Shown here in pieces: positions 15,688 through 20,000 of a stretch of 20,000 nucleotides of DNA. The notes beneath the pieces were generated by a model that worked only from the letters and a program-made list of their open reading frames with translations, did no database searches and was not told the DNA's origin. Source of the DNA: an uncultured virus (IMG/VR IMGVR_UViG_3300020727_000014) (lineage: Duplodnaviria; Heunggongvirae; Uroviricota; Caudoviricetes); the IMG/VR virus record IMGVR_UViG_3300020727_000014; one strand, 5' to 3'. Numbering within the stretch: position 1 is the stretch's first letter; every line of letters begins with the position of its first letter. The translations under genes and the position numbers were made by a program.

Positions 15688-16341
15688 CTATGCAGCCTCT
15701 AACATTAATCGGAATACTTTTTTCATTTTACGTCCATGTTGAGGATAAGCAATAACGTCTATATCCTTCGAATAACACGCTCTACAGCTCGAACATTTTC
15801 CCTCACGGTCATAGGCTTCGCAAACAAAAACACCTGCTGGTGCACTCTCAGCATCCGGAATGATTACCGATCCATGAATCCCTGGAGTAAATTCGCCAGT
15901 AATTGAATCAGAAGAGAATCTTACCTTAACATTAGGTAAGGCATCCATTTCGGCAATTACTTTTGCGAATTTTGCAAATTTACCCATCCTTGTTGGCAAC
16001 CAATATTGTGTGTTTGGAGTTGCTTTCATTACACTTAATATCTTTTTAGCAAGCTTTAAAGAATACATATCACCACTATCAAAAAACCTGAACCACTTTG
16101 CATTTTTCATCTCAGCAGTCATATCAGAGACCCATTCAGGACGTCTCCAATCTTCTTTATTCTCAGCTCTTGGTTCTTTTACGTTTGGGAATGCATAGTT
16201 ACCAGTGGTGGCATAACAACCTGAACAAGCTGGAACCAACTCACCGTCCTCGTTTAATGATCCAGGGCAAGTTTCAAGAGCTTGTAAGCTCCAACTTTTC
16301 ACGTTATCAAGTTTAGAAGTTTTAGAAATTCTTACAGTCAT
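15688..16341 (-). CDS. Gp88-like (radical-SAM-like Fe-S) phage protein
   Basis: SWSL...TCPGS...ACSGCYA, FRFFDSGD, WLPTR, VRFSSD and C...CSSCRAC...IAYPQH match phage gene product 88 family patterns. Confidence 0.8.
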   Translation of the reverse strand: MTVRISKTSKLDNVKSWSLQALETCPGSLNEDGELVPACSGCYATTGNYAFPNVKEPRAENKEDWRRPEWVSDMTAEMKNAKWFRFFDSGDMYSLKLAKKILSVMKATPNTQYWLPTRMGKFAKFAKVIAEMDALPNVKVRFSSDSITGEFTPGIHGSVIIPDAESAPAGVFVCEAYDREGKCSSCRACYSKDIDVIAYPQHGRKMKKVFRLMLEAA

Positions 16342-16424
16342 TTTAATTCTCTCTCAATTAATTAGTATAAGATATTATAACATATTAGGTTTCAAAGGTC
16401 AAGCACTTCGTTGCCAAGTATATC

Positions 16425-16595
16425 CTATAAAATTACTTTTTCAGACAACATGATAAATTGTTTGAGCCCAAAATCGTCAATAATCCAACCACAAAACGGG
16501 TCTGGGGAAGAATAATGATCTTGTGGGTCAATCACCTCATACCATTTTTCTGGGGTGATTGACAGGGAGATTGAAGTTGCGGTTTTAACTTTCAT
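16425..16595 (-). CDS. small hypothetical protein (56 aa)
   Basis: MKVKTATSISLSITPEKWYEVI...IIDDFG; TAATG coupling to upstream gene. Confidence 0.6.
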   Translation of the reverse strand: MKVKTATSISLSITPEKWYEVIDPQDHYSSPDPFCGWIIDDFGLKQFIMLSEKVIL

Positions 16596-16825
16596 TAGGT
16601 GAAGATGTTGTATTGAGCTTCAAGGTTTGCGAACTCAGCTTCAAGGATGACCATTTGTTGCTTAGATAAGTTTAGGCGATCTATAAAATAAGCCAGTGAG
16701 GTGGTCGCTGCTTCTAAAGTATAAAGATAATTTATATCAGATCCATAAGTGTCGTACTTAGATCTTTCTTGAGCCACTTTAACAGTTAGATCAACAAGGG
16801 CGAAGACGGAATCAGTTTTAATCAT
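16595..16825 (-). CDS. hypothetical protein
   Basis: 76 aa after cassette repeat. Confidence 0.75.
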   Translation of the reverse strand: MIKTDSVFALVDLTVKVAQERSKYDTYGSDINYLYTLEAATTSLAYFIDRLNLSKQQMVILEAEFANLEAQYNIFT

Positions 16826-16882
16826 TTTAATTCTCTCTCAATTAATTAGTATAAGATATTATAACATATTAGGTTTCAAAGG

Positions 16883-17097
16883 TCAAGCACTTCTAACGGT
16901 CGCTTCGAAAAATAATTCACTTAATTTTTGGATAAGTTCTTCTTTACTTAAATCAATTAAATAACTATTGTTTTTTCCTCTTAAATTAAGGTAAGTTTTA
17001 TCTTTTTTCATTGAACTTTCAACTACAAAATGTTCATGTTCACTTAGGAAAAAAGTGAACGACCCACCGCCATCACGTGGTAAAGTAATTTTTTCAT
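16883..17097 (-). pseudogene. frameshifted cassette gene
   Basis: ATG+A6 stops after 17 codons; one extra A gives a 71-aa ORF (MKKITLPRDGGGSFTF...ATVRSA) ending in the next -35 TGA. Confidence 0.6.
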
Positions 17098-17168
17098 TTT
17101 ATTTCTCTCTCTTTATTAAGTATAAATTATTATACTAAAGACCCATCCTTAGGTCAAGCACTTTTAGA

Positions 17169-17384
17169 TTAAATTTCTATTAGAAGTTTTCTTATCGCAG
17201 AAATTTCTTGGCTATCCCATTCTTTAGAATATTTTTTCTCAGGAAAATGTATAAGGATTAAATACTGAATATTTTCTAAAGTATATTTTAAGGTATCGAT
17301 GTTAATTTTACCATCATTATAGTCATCTCCAGCGAAAAGGACTTGAACCAACAAAGAATTAAATAAGGCTTGTTTTTTTGACAT
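17169..17384 (-). CDS. hypothetical protein
   Basis: 71 aa between two cassette repeats. Confidence 0.75.
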   Translation of the reverse strand: MSKKQALFNSLLVQVLFAGDDYNDGKINIDTLKYTLENIQYLILIHFPEKKYSKEWDSQEISAIRKLLIEI

Positions 17385-17452
17385 TTTTCTCTCCGATCAA
17401 TTAATTATGATTCATTATACCTTAAGGAGAGAGAGAATACAAGCACTTTTTT

Positions 17453-17872
17453 TTATTTTCCGATGTTTATTGACCGAACAAGTTCCATTCTGTATTCATT
17501 ATTCGGTCCTTCAAAATTTACAATCACATCATCAATTTCAGCACCAATCCGAATGTATTCAATATTCAGGTCAGGATAATTAAATGTTAAATTATAAAAC
17601 AAATCGTCAAAGAAACTTACAGCTGGGAAAGCCACATCACCAGGATACCATTTTTCCCGCGTCGCCTGAAATAACAATTCATAATAACCATTTTCAGCAA
17701 CATGAAACAATGTTTTACCAGTTAGATTAAAAGAATTTTGTTCAAGATCCATTACCTTTAATTGTACTTCATCAGGAAGTTCGGCGAATTTATCTTCATA
17801 TTCATAACCAAATTCTTCCATTTGGACAGCACCACCGTAAATCCTTACAGCCACGTCAGATAAATAAGCCAT
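17453..17872 (-). CDS. hypothetical phage protein
   Basis: MAYLSDV...KWY...EYIRIGAEIDD; AGGAG RBS. Confidence 0.8.
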   Translation of the reverse strand: MAYLSDVAVRIYGGAVQMEEFGYEYEDKFAELPDEVQLKVMDLEQNSFNLTGKTLFHVAENGYYELLFQATREKWYPGDVAFPAVSFFDDLFYNLTFNYPDLNIEYIRIGAEIDDVIVNFEGPNNEYRMELVRSINIGK

Positions 17873-17874
17873 AA

Positions 17875-18069
17875 TTAAACTCCTGCAAAGGTATTAGAGA
17901 TAGAAAAGCGAGGAGCATCACCACCAACGGGTTTACCTCTAGATTCCTTAGCACGACATGTTGATTTAATTTTAATTTGTTTAGCAGGAACTTCTTTAAT
18001 TGAATTGCCATTTAGAACGAATTCTAGAGTGTCGTTTAGAAGTTTTTGTCTCAATTCTGTTTTAGTCAT
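17875..18069 (-). CDS. hypothetical protein
   Basis: 64 aa after cassette repeat. Confidence 0.7.
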   Translation of the reverse strand: MTKTELRQKLLNDTLEFVLNGNSIKEVPAKQIKIKSTCRAKESRGKPVGGDAPRFSISNTFAGV

Positions 18070-18136
18070 TTTTTCTCTCTCAATTAATTAGTATAAGTTA
18101 TTATAACCGATGTAGTTTTATAATACAAGCACTTTA

Positions 18137-18574
18137 TTAATATTCTTCGTCTGGATCAAAGTATTCATCATCTTCGTCCTCAGGCTCCCATGCAGTGTCT
18201 ATACAAACGTTTCCGAAGTCAAATATACCACTCTCGGCGATTACAGAAAACGGAGCGTAGAAGTCGTGTACGACGCCATCAGTTACATTTTTTTGATCTT
18301 CCTGAGAAATATCTTTAGTTGCGATTATACCTAATAAACCAGCATCTACACCATAAGTATTGCCTAAATTATCTTGATATTCGCCATCACCATAAGCTGT
18401 CATCGCTAAAAAAAACCTACGACCGTCCGATAAATTAAAAGCACCGTTAATTAAATTATTACCTTTAATTGTTAAATCGCAAACTTCTTTCCACTCATCA
18501 TGCATCACATAACTTAGGTCGCCGATATAATATTCGCCAGAATTAAATTCAGCAGAAACTTTTTCATATCTCAT
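18137..18574 (-). CDS. conserved-looking phage protein, DUF4241-like motifs
   Basis: YYIGDLSY, TAYGDGEY, GVDAGLLGI; acidic tail. Confidence 0.75.
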   Translation of the reverse strand: MRYEKVSAEFNSGEYYIGDLSYVMHDEWKEVCDLTIKGNNLINGAFNLSDGRRFFLAMTAYGDGEYQDNLGNTYGVDAGLLGIIATKDISQEDQKNVTDGVVHDFYAPFSVIAESGIFDFGNVCIDTAWEPEDEDDEYFDPDEEY

Positions 18575-18685
18575 TTTATTTCTCTCAATTAATTAGTATA
18601 AGTTATTATAACCGATGTAGTTTTATAATACAAGCACTTTTTAGGACACAGGATTTTCCCGCGTCCCATCAAGTTAAGTAATAGG

Positions 18686-18985
18686 TTAACATTCTTCTAC
18701 TTCAGCTTCAACCTTAAATTTTCTTACCCAATCGTAAATTTGGGAATCGTTAAGTAATTCAATACCTTGAACTATAAATTTAGCGATAGACGAATTTAAC
18801 TTAGTTCGTTGAGCGTATTCGGTTGAAATTTCATTTTCATCGTCGTAAACATATAACCATATTCCGTAAGCATCAACAAGTATGATACCGATATTTTCAT
18901 CTACGGCATAATAAGGATCAGAACCATCTTCAAAACTAGAAGCACCTAAATAAGCTTCATCCCAACCTTTAGTAAATTTTATCAT
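18686..18985 (-). CDS. hypothetical protein
   Basis: 99 aa after cassette repeat. Confidence 0.75.
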   Translation of the reverse strand: MIKFTKGWDEAYLGASSFEDGSDPYYAVDENIGIILVDAYGIWLYVYDDENEISTEYAQRTKLNSSIAKFIVQGIELLNDSQIYDWVRKFKVEAEVEEC

Positions 18986-19051
18986 TTTTATTTCTCTCTC
19001 AATTAATTAGTATAAGTTATTATAACCGATGTAGTTTTATAATACAAGCAC

Positions 19052-19222
19052 TTAATAATATATTATCAAATTATTTTCGGTTGGGTCTATTTCTATATCA
19101 AAAGCTGGTGTTAATATAACATCCTTTATTCTAGATTCGCTTATAAATATTTCGTTGTTTAGATCTACACCTTGGGCTTCCGCTTGTAATAATAAATCTA
19201 ATAAATCTTTAGCTGTAATCAT
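19052..19222 (-). CDS. small hypothetical protein (56 aa)
   Basis: MITAKDLLDLLLQAEAQG...; the stop TAA forms the start of the next AAGTGC box. Confidence 0.7.
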   Translation of the reverse strand: MITAKDLLDLLLQAEAQGVDLNNEIFISESRIKDVILTPAFDIEIDPTENNLIIYY

Positions 19223-19347
19223 TTTTATTTCTCTCTTTATTAATTAGTATAAGTTATTATAACCGATGTAGTTTTATAATACAAGCACTTTTTTACATTT
19301 ATTCCTAATCTATTTTTTTCCCGTGTCGCATTTTTTAAAAAAAGTGA

Positions 19348-19376
19348 TTGACAAACATGCTCAGATTTTATATAAT
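19348..19376 (+). promoter_or_regulatory. consensus sigma70 promoter, divergent from the cassette array
   Basis: TTGACA-17 bp-TATAAT. Confidence 0.8.
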
Positions 19377-19577
19377 AAGTCATAATAATAAGAAAGCGGA
19401 AAAAACCGTATGAAGGCTGTGAAGCTGGTCCCCAACTAGCTGGCCACTTCGTTTTAAATTTAAAACTTAATTTACTCATAAATTACTTTCCATAAGATTA
19501 CATAAGTAATCACTTAGATTACATATGTAATCGGATACTTTGATCGGAAATCCGAGGAATTTTTTTTAAAAAAGTGA

Positions 19578-19606
19578 TTGACAAATCTTTAGGAATCAGG
19601 TATGAT
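19578..19606 (+). promoter_or_regulatory. second plus-strand sigma70 promoter
   Basis: TTGACA-17 bp-TATGAT; shares ttttttaaaaaaagtgattgacaaa with the first. Confidence 0.7.
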
Positions 19607-19871
19607 TAAGGTGTAAATGTAAAGTTTTCTGAGGTTTTCTTGAGGATAAGTTGCGCCTTATAGAAAGGTCGATTAGTTAGGAGTTAATTATGGATTGGTA
19701 TGTCGTTACTTAACATAAGTATTTGGATACTTTGGATAAGTAATCACTTAGATTCCATAAGTAATTCATTAGCTAATAAGTTAGGACTTAGTTACGATAA
19801 GTTAGGACTTAGATTCCATAAGTATTTACATACTTTGAATAAGTCCTGGATTATAGCGTTTCGGGTTTTGA

Positions 19872-19948
19872 AAATAGCGAAGCAAATAGCGAAGCAAATA
19901 GCGAAACAAATAGCGTTTTCCGTTTTAAGCGGACTTCGTAAAATAGCG
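19872..19948. repeat. AAATAGCG repeats (12-bp period x4 plus one isolated copy)
   Basis: Copies at 19872, 19884, 19896, 19908 and 19941. Confidence 0.85.
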
Positions 19949-20000
19949 TTTTCCCCTCTGGGAATTCGGGTTCGAAAATAATGCTTGACGAACTAATGTT

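Larger units (their letters stand above)
18085..19290 (-). repeat. four identical ~50-bp cassette repeats
   Basis: aattagtataagttattataaccgatgtagttttataatacaagcactt near 18085, 18590, 19004 and 19241. Confidence 0.95.
1522..19292 (-). promoter_or_regulatory. array of 31 sigma70-type promoters, most within a promoter-leader-RBS repeat
   Basis: TATAAT (plus-strand attata) starts at 1522, 2312, 3442, 5075, 6961, 7286, 7657, 8297, 9000, 9295, 10810, 11274, 11570, 11918, 12327, 12696, 13005, 13511, 14180, 14443, 14917, 15196, 15637, 16374, 16858, 17129, 17414, 18100, 18605, 19019, 19256; each has a TTG/TTA-initial -35 exactly 17 bp upstream. Confidence 0.9.

Noticed and set aside
5719..16316. Other short plus-strand and alternate-frame ORFs in the track (5719, 7004, 8239, 8787, 10650, 10989, 12854, 13552, 13863, 16010, 16098)
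   Set aside because: They overlap better-supported minus-strand genes, promoters or tRNAs
18085..19290. CRISPR array interpretation of the identical repeats
   Set aside because: Intervals are about 190-460 bp whole ORFs, the repeats are promoter/RBS sequences, and no cas genes are present
5041..19292. Classical integron attC array
   Set aside because: No RYYYAAC/GTTRRRY palindromic attC structure and no integrase in the window; the analogy is architectural only
19240..19981. ORFs 19240-19479 (-) and 19700-19981 (+)
   Set aside because: They read through promoters and DNA repeats (KQIA repeats derive from the 12-bp repeat); likely spurious

Overview
AT-rich (about 30% GC by eye) segment of what is almost certainly a large tailed-phage genome: an early or accessory region of about 45 short, mostly hypothetical genes, essentially all on the minus strand. 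Recognisable products are two paralogous 21-aa YD-like repeat proteins, an HD-domain small alarmone hydrolase-like protein, a AAA+-type P-loop ATPase, a YubB/DUF1281-like protein and a Gp88-like Fe-S protein. The region is built as an array of cassettes. I count 31 minus-strand sigma70-type promoters, each TT(G/A)NNN-17 bp-TATAAT, most inside a 60-70 bp AAGTGC-promoter-leader-GAGAGAG-ATG repeat. Two non-coding systems stand out. (1) A ~450-nt multi-hairpin RNA candidate (9363-9810) directly downstream of the ATPase, whose loops repeatedly show CUCUCUCC, the complement of the GAGAGAG ribosome-binding motif of the cassettes. (2) A cluster (11324-13293) of tRNA-Thr, tRNA-Gly and several tRNA-mimic elements, including two 'double T-arm' RNAs closed by long stems, each immediately upstream of a tRNA-Thr(-like) gene. 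The right end (19300-20000) switches to plus-strand promoters and short repeats, possibly an origin or genome-terminus region. All calls come from manual reading; no searches or folding programs were run.
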